A DNA stretch of 64,000 nt. It comes from Candidatus Poribacteria bacterium. GTDB lineage: Bacteria; Poribacteria; WGA-4E; UBA9662. The notes under the pieces are model-generated. The model had not been told where the DNA came from, ran no database searches, and was given only the letters and a program-made list of their open reading frames with translations. The position numbers were made by a program, and so were the translations under genes. The stretch is taken from the NCBI GenBank assembly GCA_036339735.1, contig JAYZAL010000019.1:1-64000 (forward strand). Reading direction: 5' to 3'. Of this stretch, positions 20,558 through 29,529 are shown one piece after another; the first letter of the stretch is position 1; every line of letters begins with the position of its first letter.

Positions 20558-20741
20558 TTTTTGTATGATATCAACCTCAAGGTATGGATACAATTGTTCC
20601 TCGACAAGCCGTGAGTATATCAATTGGTTTCTAAAACTGTCAAGCTTGGCAGTAGAACCATCGAGTTGACATAGACTGTTTTTCAGTTCACATAAGTGTG
20701 CTAAAATAGTCTGCGTCTGATTAATGTGAAAAGGAGTAGAA

Positions 20742-21071
20742 ATGTTTTTTGAATTGAGACAGTATGTACTTAGAGCAGGACAAAGAGAAAACTGGGTTAA
20801 ATTGATGGAGGAAGAAATTCTACCCTTTCAATTATCCAAGGGAATGGTAGTTGTAGGAAGTTTTCTAAGTGAGCAAGAAGGCAACGAAGATGGACTTTAT
20901 ATCTGGATCCGCCGCTTTGACAGTGAAGCTGAGCGAGAAAATTTGTACACTGCAGTTTATGAGACCGACCATTGGAAAAATGTTCTAGCCCCACAGGTTG
21001 CCAATATGATTGACCGAGAACAAATTTCAGTCACTCGGATCATTCCAACAGAAAAATCAATCTTGCGATAA
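20742..21071 (+). CDS. NIPSNAP family protein
   Basis: 'FFELRQY' start, 'YIWIRRF'; AAGGAG RBS. Confidence 0.85.
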   Translation: MFFELRQYVLRAGQRENWVKLMEEEILPFQLSKGMVVVGSFLSEQEGNEDGLYIWIRRFDSEAERENLYTAVYETDHWKNVLAPQVANMIDREQISVTRIIPTEKSILR

Positions 21072-21139
21072 TTTTATTTGTGTGAAAAAGGGAAACAGAG
21101 CTCAAGGTGATTTATTAGCTACTTCAGCCTGGTAGAAAC

Positions 21140-22396
21140 CTAGAAAACAATAGCTGGCAGATGTCCATCTCCATGCAACTGGCTTTCACGTCGAATGTCA
21201 GCGCCTTGGTCATGGATTTCTGTTACGCTTTGTACACCAACAATGCGCATCGCTCGGTCAAGATCCGATTTCATGATTTCAAATGCGCGAGTCAGGCCGA
21301 CATGTCCTCCGGCTCCTATTCCGGCCGCTGTTACACGACCAATTCCCACGGCTTTGATACCATAGGATAATGCAATCAAAACATCAGTACCATTCCGAAC
21401 CCCACCATCCATCATAAAGTCAAGTTGAGTATCGCCCATGAGTGGCATTTCTTGTGAGACTATGTGAAGTGTTGGAGGAACACGGTCTTGTTGCCTTCCA
21501 CCATGATTGGACCAAATAACTCCCGAAGCCCCCATTTCTTCGGCTTTTCGAGCATCATAAGCACAATGCACCCCCTTAACAATCAAAGGTTTATCGTCCC
21601 CCCAAGCTTCTTTAATCCACTTTAAATCGTCCCAAGTGACAGCTGATGCCGCGAGTTGTACCCCGATATCTGCATATGGCATTGGTTGGCCGTTCTCATC
21701 AAGTATGTTTACAAACTGCATTAATCCACCATCACGAAAATGATCCATAACCCACGACAAGCGGGGAAGCATCTGTGGCGCCAGCATTAGTTTACGAAAA
21801 GCAAGCTTCAACATTTCTCCTAATCCTAAACCGCGAAAAGGTCCGGTCACTTGCATAGGCTTCATTTTTGCGTGTAAAGCTCGTAGTCCCGAGACACCAG
21901 TATCAATTGTTAAAACAAGTGCTGTAAAGCCTGATTTTTTTGCTCTTTCAATACCTCTTAATGCTGTCTCTCTCCCACCACATAGATAAAGCTGAAACCA
22001 GCAATCTCCCTCGGAGGCTTCCGCGACAGATTCCATCGGTGTTCCCGAAAGTGTCGACAGTGTCATAACAGTACCAAATTCACCAGCTACTTGTGAAGCA
22101 ATAGCGTCTCCCATTGGATACAATGCTCGTAAACTTCCCACTGGAGCTATATACCAAGGAACATCAAAACTGTGTCCTACTACTTCGGTACTTATATCCA
22201 AAGAAGAAAAGCTTAGAGCTCCATACGCAGTTGTCATAGATTGCTGAAATGCACGTACATTTCCACGTAAGGTTGTTTCTTCATCAGCACCACCTCGGAA
22301 ATATTCAGAAACAATTGGTGGAACACGCTGCATCATTAATTCCCAAAGATCTGCTGTCGTTAAGCACTCTGAAATTTGTTTATCTCGTTGACTCAT
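21140..22396 (-). CDS. FMN-dependent alpha-hydroxy acid dehydrogenase/oxidase
   Basis: 'WFQLY', 'IVKGV', 'SNHGGRQ', 'DGGVRNGTDV'. Confidence 0.93.
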   Translation of the reverse strand: MSQRDKQISECLTTADLWELMMQRVPPIVSEYFRGGADEETTLRGNVRAFQQSMTTAYGALSFSSLDISTEVVGHSFDVPWYIAPVGSLRALYPMGDAIASQVAGEFGTVMTLSTLSGTPMESVAEASEGDCWFQLYLCGGRETALRGIERAKKSGFTALVLTIDTGVSGLRALHAKMKPMQVTGPFRGLGLGEMLKLAFRKLMLAPQMLPRLSWVMDHFRDGGLMQFVNILDENGQPMPYADIGVQLAASAVTWDDLKWIKEAWGDDKPLIVKGVHCAYDARKAEEMGASGVIWSNHGGRQQDRVPPTLHIVSQEMPLMGDTQLDFMMDGGVRNGTDVLIALSYGIKAVGIGRVTAAGIGAGGHVGLTRAFEIMKSDLDRAMRIVGVQSVTEIHDQGADIRRESQLHGDGHLPAIVF

Positions 22397-22647
22397 AATT
22401 TAGTTAACGGACTATCGACAATGAAATTCGCCATCTAACTTCTACACCAGAAGCAATGTGCGCTAATTGTCAATAAAGTTTCTCCATCTTGAATATTAAA
22501 GGCAAAAATACAGTAACTGTTGTTCACAATTGATAATTTAAGTTCTATAACCTGGCGTCCAGAATGTTTTGCAAATAATGCTAATATAGCCATCGAAAAT
22601 CTAGACTATTATGTCAATATGTCAATGCTGATTTCATAGGTGAATAA

Positions 22648-24072
22648 CTAATATTTAAATTCTGGGGGCAAGGCCTGTTCCGTTGTTACACGACCTTTTG
22701 AATCCTGTTTTACTAAAAACGTAGTTAGCCGATGAACTAATTGATCGCGGATGCCTCGATGTCTATCGCTAAACCATAGGTTGTTCATTTCACCCGCGTC
22801 ATCATCTAGATTAAACAGTTCTCCAGGACAGTCATTTGGGCCCGGGGCTGGGCTATGGTAGATGTTAAGTTTATAATTATCCTCTCGCCACATGGAGACG
22901 TGAAGTTCTGGATCGTAATAGCCACCATGTCCAATGCTGGAGTTTCGATGCATACAAACCGCATAGCCCCGTTGGTTGAGGCTATGATCATCAAGCAAAT
23001 TACAAGAGTCGATCATTCCACTCGGCTTCTCATAGCTACCAATAGCCAATGATGTAGCCGCAATATCATGTAACTGGCAAGGAATATCAACTATTCGGCC
23101 CTTCTGCTGCTTAGGATGTTGGATAATCATCGGAACTCGGGTACAAGGATCGTACATAAATGCTCCTTTTGTACTTAAACCGTGATCACCGAGCATATCG
23201 CCATGGTCACTGGTAAAAATGATGACAGTATTACTATCCAAACCGAGGTCCCCCAAAGTCTTCAAAACACGACCAACCTGCTCATCAATTAAGGCTATTG
23301 AAGCATGATAACCAGTCCGGTTTTCAATTAGATCAGATCGATCATACTTTCGAGCCTCTCGTTGGTGGGAGATGGGACGATGATTAAATGGTTCATCGAA
23401 AGCATGGATGTCTGGCAAATCTTCGATAACAAGTTTCTGTCGATATTGCCGGGGGTAATTAGTATAAGGGTTGTGTGGATCAAAAATACTCATACAACAA
23501 AAAAAAGGCTGGCTAGCTCCCTGCATTCGTTGAAGATAATCAATAGTACGGTTAGCTGCCCAGGTCGTGAAATGGGCTTCCACTGGTACATGACCAATTT
23601 TATTTCCGTACCGTTTCCAACGATCCAAAATAGCTGGATGATGAATAGCTAACCAACGTGAGTATGCTGTTTCACAACCACGATATCCATTCGGATCAGG
23701 CGCCCATTCATAAGTATTAAATCCATCAAACTGATGTCGGTATTTTGCCTCCCAAATGTGCCCTGCCACGTGAAGTTTACCAAAAAGGGCTGTATCATAA
23801 CCAGCTTCTCGAAGGAAATAAGGGAAAAGAATTTCGTCAGAGGGTAATACATCATGAAGTTTATAAACCCCATGCCCTGGTAAGTGCTTACCAGTCCACA
23901 AACTGGCTCTACTAGGTGTACTAATTGGATTGTTAACATAGCACTGTGTATAACGCGTCCCTACACTAGCCAAACGGTCAAGATTCGGAGTGTGAACACC
24001 CGTTGTCCCATAACAACCAAGTGAATCCCAGCGTTGTTGATCAGTCAAAATTAGTAAGATATTATCAAGCAC
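22648..24072 (-). CDS. Sulfatase, Ser-type signature
   Basis: 'NILLILTDQQR', 'STPSRASLWTG', 'GKLH', 'FTSDHGD'; GTG start with GGAG RBS chosen. Confidence 0.92.
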   Translation of the reverse strand: MLDNILLILTDQQRWDSLGCYGTTGVHTPNLDRLASVGTRYTQCYVNNPISTPSRASLWTGKHLPGHGVYKLHDVLPSDEILFPYFLREAGYDTALFGKLHVAGHIWEAKYRHQFDGFNTYEWAPDPNGYRGCETAYSRWLAIHHPAILDRWKRYGNKIGHVPVEAHFTTWAANRTIDYLQRMQGASQPFFCCMSIFDPHNPYTNYPRQYRQKLVIEDLPDIHAFDEPFNHRPISHQREARKYDRSDLIENRTGYHASIALIDEQVGRVLKTLGDLGLDSNTVIIFTSDHGDMLGDHGLSTKGAFMYDPCTRVPMIIQHPKQQKGRIVDIPCQLHDIAATSLAIGSYEKPSGMIDSCNLLDDHSLNQRGYAVCMHRNSSIGHGGYYDPELHVSMWREDNYKLNIYHSPAPGPNDCPGELFNLDDDAGEMNNLWFSDRHRGIRDQLVHRLTTFLVKQDSKGRVTTEQALPPEFKY

Positions 24073-24074
24073 AC

Positions 24075-25496
24075 CTACGCCACTCCCCAACCTAAGTATT
24101 GGTCAGGATCAGCAAATTCCTGACCAACATCTAGGAAGCCACGTTCACCTCTCTTTCCATACTCAAATGGGTCTTTCGTAGCTTCCATCCACCTGTGCAA
24201 TCGTTCTTCCATTTCTTCAACTATCGGCCGAGCTGATTGGGTGTTGGCTAAATTTACCATCTCTAGCGGATCAGTTTGCCGGTCAAATAACCAAGGACCT
24301 TGCTCATTTGCATACCATCGTGCGTAAGTCCAGCGTTGAGTACGTACCCCTCTCCATCTACCAACCCAACCGTTCCTATTCGGCCATCCATGAGCCATAT
24401 TTTGCAGATAGACTGAATCTGCACCTATAGGATTTTGTGAGTGATTTTGGTGTGTTTCTTGATTGAACCAGATGTCAGACACATCTCGACCTTGTAATCC
24501 ATCCGGCAGCGAAATGTCACAAGCTCCCAGCAAAGTGGGCATAATATCAATAGCCCCCATAAAAGCATTACATCTTTGGTCAGCTACAATTCGTTGCGGC
24601 CACCGAACAACAAAGGGAACGTGAATTGACTCTTCGTAAGGTGTAGCTTTAGATGCTCTCATCGATTCTGGCATCCAGGTGTCATAAGGTTTGCCAAATC
24701 CATGACTAGACAAATGGTCGCCATGATCTGACGTGTAACACACAATTGTATTCTTTTCTACACCAAGCCGCTCTAGTGCAGATAATAATCGTCCCATCTG
24801 AGTATCTAAGCCTGTACAACAACCATAGTAATCGGCAATTTCTTGCTGTGCAAAATGCCTCATTTGCTCAGGTACGTTCTCGGGTACCTCTATATCTTTC
24901 AAGTCATATACAGCATGCTGTTTAGGATATTGGGGATAGGGCCAATGTGGAGGACGCCACGAAACAAACAGAGCAAAAGGGTCATTTGGACGACGGTCGA
25001 GATGGCGTTCCATGAATTGGATAGACAGATTGGTTTCAACCTCTGGCGCCCACCCTTCAAACATAGTTGGACCATCCTCATTTTGATAATAAGAACGGTT
25101 AAAAAAACCACTTCCACCGTGTAAAGCGGCCAAATAATCGATACCGTATCGGTCAGCCTCTGTGTAGGGCCCCTTACCTAGATGGAATGTCCCAACATGA
25201 GCGGTACCGTATCCGTTTTCCTTTAAGGTACCAGGAAGTGTAGGGATATCTCGTCGTGGTCGATATTCATTATCAATTACTCTGTTCTGCCAACCATATC
25301 GACCTGTCAATAAAATGGCCCTGTATGGTGAACACAATGGATGATTGGAGAACATATTGTCACAAACTAGTCCTTCTTTAGCCATGGAATCTATGAAAGG
25401 GGTTCGAATGACAGGATTGCCATTTGCTCCTAGAGCAGAATAGCGTTGTTGATCTGAAAACACAAATAAGATGTTTGGGCGTTGAACTGAACTCAT
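24075..25496 (-). CDS. Sulfatase, Cys-type
   Basis: 'RPNILFVFSDQQR', 'CSPYRAILLTG', 'YTSDHGD'. Confidence 0.95.
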   Translation of the reverse strand: MSSVQRPNILFVFSDQQRYSALGANGNPVIRTPFIDSMAKEGLVCDNMFSNHPLCSPYRAILLTGRYGWQNRVIDNEYRPRRDIPTLPGTLKENGYGTAHVGTFHLGKGPYTEADRYGIDYLAALHGGSGFFNRSYYQNEDGPTMFEGWAPEVETNLSIQFMERHLDRRPNDPFALFVSWRPPHWPYPQYPKQHAVYDLKDIEVPENVPEQMRHFAQQEIADYYGCCTGLDTQMGRLLSALERLGVEKNTIVCYTSDHGDHLSSHGFGKPYDTWMPESMRASKATPYEESIHVPFVVRWPQRIVADQRCNAFMGAIDIMPTLLGACDISLPDGLQGRDVSDIWFNQETHQNHSQNPIGADSVYLQNMAHGWPNRNGWVGRWRGVRTQRWTYARWYANEQGPWLFDRQTDPLEMVNLANTQSARPIVEEMEERLHRWMEATKDPFEYGKRGERGFLDVGQEFADPDQYLGWGVA

Positions 25497-25562
25497 TTCG
25501 AACTCCTACTTACCAAGCTGAAATTACGATGAAGTTTCTATCTAAGACTAGTTAACTTGTTA

Positions 25563-26501
25563 CTAAGAACCAGTATTCGATGGAAACCCGTGTTGGTCTC
25601 TATGATACTGAGAATCGTAGTGCTGAGTGCTCTTGAACCATTCATAGCGCCCATCACCTGATCCTTCATAGGAGATTTTTTCTAATTCTCTTTTTTCTAA
25701 TTCTGTCATCGGTTGAAAATTTCGACCAATCTCGAGGTCTTGTTCCAATGCTTCAAGCGAATCAATACCGCAAGATAAAGTACTTATAGGTAAAGACAGT
25801 GCATATCGACGACACTGGCTAGCACTTAAGCCAAGCCCTTGTACCAGTTGTCCTGCGCCTCCTAGACTTTTCATTCCAATTACGCCGATGTTTCGGTCGT
25901 TTAATTGAGGTAAGATTTCTTTCTGAAAACTACGATAGTGGAAGTCAGCTATATTAATTGGTAGTTGGCAAGTATCCCAATCGAAATCTTGGTCTAACAT
26001 AGATTGCAAAATGTGCGGACTTTTATGACCAGTGAAACCAATAAAACGAATTTTACCTGCATCACGAGCAGAAATTGCAGCCTCAATAGCTCCACCTGAT
26101 CGAAATATTAACTCAGCATCATTATCGTAATTTATTTCGTGAAATTGCCAGACATCAATAACATCTGTTTTTAATCGATCTAGACTTTCATGCAGTTGCT
26201 CTTCAGCAGTCTTAGCATCTCGGCTACACACCTTAGTCATTAAAACCACCTTTTCTCGACGGTCTTGTAAACCCAGCCCCATCCGGCGTTCTGATTCCCC
26301 TTGGCCATATTCCCAAGCCGTATCCATGAAGTTCATACCCTCGTCGATAGCATGATGTAGCAATCTTATAGATTCTTGTACTTCCAGATTTTTGCTAACA
26401 AAATGTCCCCCACCAAAACTGACAATCGACACCTGCAATCCAGTCTTGCCTAGTTGGCGTAGGGGTAACTCATTCTTATTACTTCTTATTTCGGATAGCA
26501 T
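25563..26501 (-). CDS. Aldo/keto reductase
   Basis: 'LGKTGLQVS', 'DTAWEY..GESE', 'GKIRFIGFTGH'. Confidence 0.93.
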   Translation of the reverse strand: MLSEIRSNKNELPLRQLGKTGLQVSIVSFGGGHFVSKNLEVQESIRLLHHAIDEGMNFMDTAWEYGQGESERRMGLGLQDRREKVVLMTKVCSRDAKTAEEQLHESLDRLKTDVIDVWQFHEINYDNDAELIFRSGGAIEAAISARDAGKIRFIGFTGHKSPHILQSMLDQDFDWDTCQLPINIADFHYRSFQKEILPQLNDRNIGVIGMKSLGGAGQLVQGLGLSASQCRRYALSLPISTLSCGIDSLEALEQDLEIGRNFQPMTELEKRELEKISYEGSGDGRYEWFKSTQHYDSQYHRDQHGFPSNTGS

Positions 26502-26863
26502 GCATATAACCTTTGAATTCCTTTTCTTTTCAGCTCAATAAGCCTGATGTATTCTAAATCATTGAGTGAAAAATGTAAAATACCGGTTCTTAAGATAATC
26601 TTCGGTATTATTTCCGGGAGAAATCAAGATAAAATCTCCCCAGAATCAAAACGACAGAAAAGTTTCAGGCCAACCAAGAAGTTAGCTATAACTGCCAGAT
26701 AAAATACAACTAGTTTAGATACTCTGGTGTTCAGTTTTGAAATAATTTGTACTGGGTTGTTGCAAATTGGATGGAATCGAAATGATGACGTTAGCCAAGG
26801 GGGTAATTTTACTTGTTACTTAGCGAGACTTAGAAGGATATCGTTTGATGAGTTCATTCCAGC

Positions 26864-27979
26864 TTAATCGCTCTGTAATGTATGATATTCGGATAACTTT
26901 TTAATTGCTCTTTTTTCTATTTGTCGGACACGCTCACGAGAGATATTAAATTTACTTCCAATTTCTTGCAGGCTGTGTACTGGGTTGTTATTCAAACCAT
27001 ACCTAAGTTTAATAATGCTGCGATCCCTTTCGGTTAATGTTTGCAGAGCCAACGACAAGTGGTAGGTTAGATTTTCTATTTGTAATTTTCGAATTGGGTC
27101 TTCAATTGACTCATCAGGTAACCGATCTTCCCAACTGACAACTCGTTGGCTGTTGGAGATGTCTTCGTCTAATGAAACCATCGCCATATTGGATCGCAAA
27201 AGGAATTTTATTTTTTCTAATGGGAAGTCAACCTCCTGCGAAATTTCGGTTGCAGTTGGAGAAGAATAGCCCTTTTGTTCAAGAGTTTTTTTTGTCTTAT
27301 TGATTTTCTGAAGGTCCCTAATAACATGAACAGGCAACCGAACAGTACGTCCCATTTTAGCCACTCCTAAACCGATGGCCTGCTGAATCCACCAAGATGC
27401 ATATGCACTGAAACGAACCCCCCTTCGCCAATCGAACTTATCTACGGCTTTGATTAAGCCTAGGTTAGCTTCCTGAATTAGGTCAGGTAGGTCTAGCCCA
27501 CGATCTTGATAACGTTTAGCAATGTATACTGCCAATCGCAGATTAGAGGAAATAATTTGTTCTTTAATCTGGTCAATTCGTTTTTGTAGTGGTGAGATTA
27601 AAGAACAAAATAGGTCAGATAAATCCAAGTCTTTTTGGCAAGATTTCCGGTGATCATCGATTTGCTCAAAATAGCTATCAATCTGTTTGAAAAGTCTCAA
27701 CTCATCACTGAAGGAAAGTAACGAATATTGACCAATCTGATCCAGGTAAAGGTCCAAAGTTCCATTGGCCGTACCAATGTATGTTTTTTTATATGGTAAT
27801 TTTTCATCAGTTGTGGCTTCTGGTGGAGATACAGGTAACGCAGAAATTTCTGCGTATATAGACAGGTCAGTTGGTGCTGATAAGAACGGAAAATCATTGG
27901 TTTCCGTTAAATCATTTAGGGACCAATTATCGGCCGAATCAATTGATATTTGAGGAGAATAAGTTTCCAGCATAAACAT
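26864..27979 (-). CDS. RNA polymerase sigma factor, RpoD/SigA family (non-primary; start uncertain)
   Basis: Region 1.2 'LYLDQIG', 2.1 'NLRLAVYIAKRY', 2.2 'DLIQEANLGL', 2.4 'WWIQQAI', 4.2 'SRERVRQIE'. Confidence 0.95.
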   Translation of the reverse strand: MFMLETYSPQISIDSADNWSLNDLTETNDFPFLSAPTDLSIYAEISALPVSPPEATTDEKLPYKKTYIGTANGTLDLYLDQIGQYSLLSFSDELRLFKQIDSYFEQIDDHRKSCQKDLDLSDLFCSLISPLQKRIDQIKEQIISSNLRLAVYIAKRYQDRGLDLPDLIQEANLGLIKAVDKFDWRRGVRFSAYASWWIQQAIGLGVAKMGRTVRLPVHVIRDLQKINKTKKTLEQKGYSSPTATEISQEVDFPLEKIKFLLRSNMAMVSLDEDISNSQRVVSWEDRLPDESIEDPIRKLQIENLTYHLSLALQTLTERDRSIIKLRYGLNNNPVHSLQEIGSKFNISRERVRQIEKRAIKKLSEYHTLQSD

Positions 27980-27987
27980 TTCTACAA

Positions 27988-28003
27988 AGCAGATAATATG
28001 CCA
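27988..28003 (-). promoter_or_regulatory. Sigma54 (-24/-12) promoter upstream of the sigma70-family gene
   Basis: Minus strand TGGCATATTATCTGCT: GG-N10-GC, close to TGGCAC-N5-TTGC. Confidence 0.7.
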
Positions 28004-28061
28004 GATATTAAACCGTTTTTTTTATGATTCCGTGATAATCAGCCTAAATTAACCTTCCAGT

Positions 28062-28087
28062 GTGACATAAAAAAGAGACAGTGTCAC
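28062..28087. promoter_or_regulatory. Candidate upstream activator sequence
   Basis: GTGACA-N14-TGTCAC inverted repeat about 85-110 bp upstream of the predicted sigma54 start site. Confidence 0.4.
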
Positions 28088-29529
28088 TTTTGGGGTTCAC
28101 CTTTTGGCGGCGTAATTCTTAGTCGATTAATTTTTCTATGAAGTGATTGACGACGAATTCCGACTTGTTCAGCCGTTGCTAAAATATTCCAATTATTCTC
28201 TGCTAATTTTTGCCTTAAAAAAAATCGCTCAAATGATTCGGTTGCTTCTTGAATCTTGTCTTGCTGGAGAATATCAGTCAGTGGATTCAGGTTATCAGAA
28301 TCGATAAAACTAGAGGTATCGTTGTCAAACCAAGGTGGTAAGTCGTCTTCAGTTATGCAATTACCCTGACAGGTTACAGTTGCATATTCAATGACCTTCT
28401 CTAACTCTCTAACATTTCCCACCCAAGAACTTGTTTGTAGGCGATCTATTAGGCCTGAAGATAAAGAAAGAGTTACGTCAGCCCTCTTACTAGAATAGAT
28501 TCCAAGAAAATATTGCGCTAGAAGTGGAATGTCTGATTTACGAGCCCTAAGCGGTGGTAATTCAATCATAAAACTGAGTCTATAAAACAAATCTGAACGA
28601 AACTGTTTCTGGGATACCGCGTGTGACAAGTCCCGATTGGTTGCGGCAATGACTCGAACATCAACTCTGCGTGGTGTTTGTCCTACCCCCTGTATTTCTT
28701 TGTAATCCAGAACCCGCAATAACTTAGGTTGCAAATCGAGATTTAAATCACCTATCTCATCCAGAAAAATACTTCCACCATGAGCTTGCTCAAATTTTCC
28801 TTTCCGGTGGTTAACTGACGTCGCAACGCCTTTACCAATACCAAATAATTCTGATTCGATCATTTCTGAGGGAATCGCACTACAATTTACAACTATGAAA
28901 GGACCATTACTCCGTGGACTATATTTGTGGATAGCCTGAGCAATTAAATCCTTACCCGTCCCAGTTTCACCGTAAATCAATACATCAGAATCCGAATTAG
29001 CTATCCGCCCCACCTTTTTGACGACATCGATCATCAAACGACTTTTTCCGATAATTTTTCGAGTTTCTGAAGTCGGATTTTTAGGATTATTCTTCTGTTG
29101 TCGTTCCAACAATATTTTTTGAGTCAATTCCATCAAGCTGCGAAAATCAATTGGTTTACTAATGTAGTCGTAAACACCCAACCCACTAGTTTCCAATGCC
29201 GTTTGAATTGAACTATTCGCAGTGATAGTTACGGCCACTGGTGGTTCTTCTTTTGGATGACTCGATTTTTGACTAAGGGCGTATTTTAAAACCTTGATTC
29301 CTGCTTCTTGATCTAAATGCCCATTAATAGATGGCATCCAAAGATCAACAAATAAGATATCATAAGGTGAATTTGTATCTATTTTGCCAATAGCTTCTTC
29401 TACATTATGTGCAAAATCACAAGTAGTTATCAGATTTTCTTCCATTTGCAAGTGTCGGTCAATATACTGGCAAGTGGTTACTTCATCATCAACAATCAAA
29501 ATACGAGCAGTTAATTTCTCATTACTCAT
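28084..29529 (-). CDS. NtrC-family sigma54-dependent response regulator (REC-AAA+-Fis HTH)
   Basis: 'ILIVDDE', 'VDLWMP', 'GETGTGKD', 'FLDEIG', 'FRSDLFYRL', 'GNVREL', C-terminal HTH; GAFTGA loop reads GVATSV. Confidence 0.95.
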   Translation of the reverse strand: MSNEKLTARILIVDDEVTTCQYIDRHLQMEENLITTCDFAHNVEEAIGKIDTNSPYDILFVDLWMPSINGHLDQEAGIKVLKYALSQKSSHPKEEPPVAVTITANSSIQTALETSGLGVYDYISKPIDFRSLMELTQKILLERQQKNNPKNPTSETRKIIGKSRLMIDVVKKVGRIANSDSDVLIYGETGTGKDLIAQAIHKYSPRSNGPFIVVNCSAIPSEMIESELFGIGKGVATSVNHRKGKFEQAHGGSIFLDEIGDLNLDLQPKLLRVLDYKEIQGVGQTPRRVDVRVIAATNRDLSHAVSQKQFRSDLFYRLSFMIELPPLRARKSDIPLLAQYFLGIYSSKRADVTLSLSSGLIDRLQTSSWVGNVRELEKVIEYATVTCQGNCITEDDLPPWFDNDTSSFIDSDNLNPLTDILQQDKIQEATESFERFFLRQKLAENNWNILATAEQVGIRRQSLHRKINRLRITPPKGEPQK

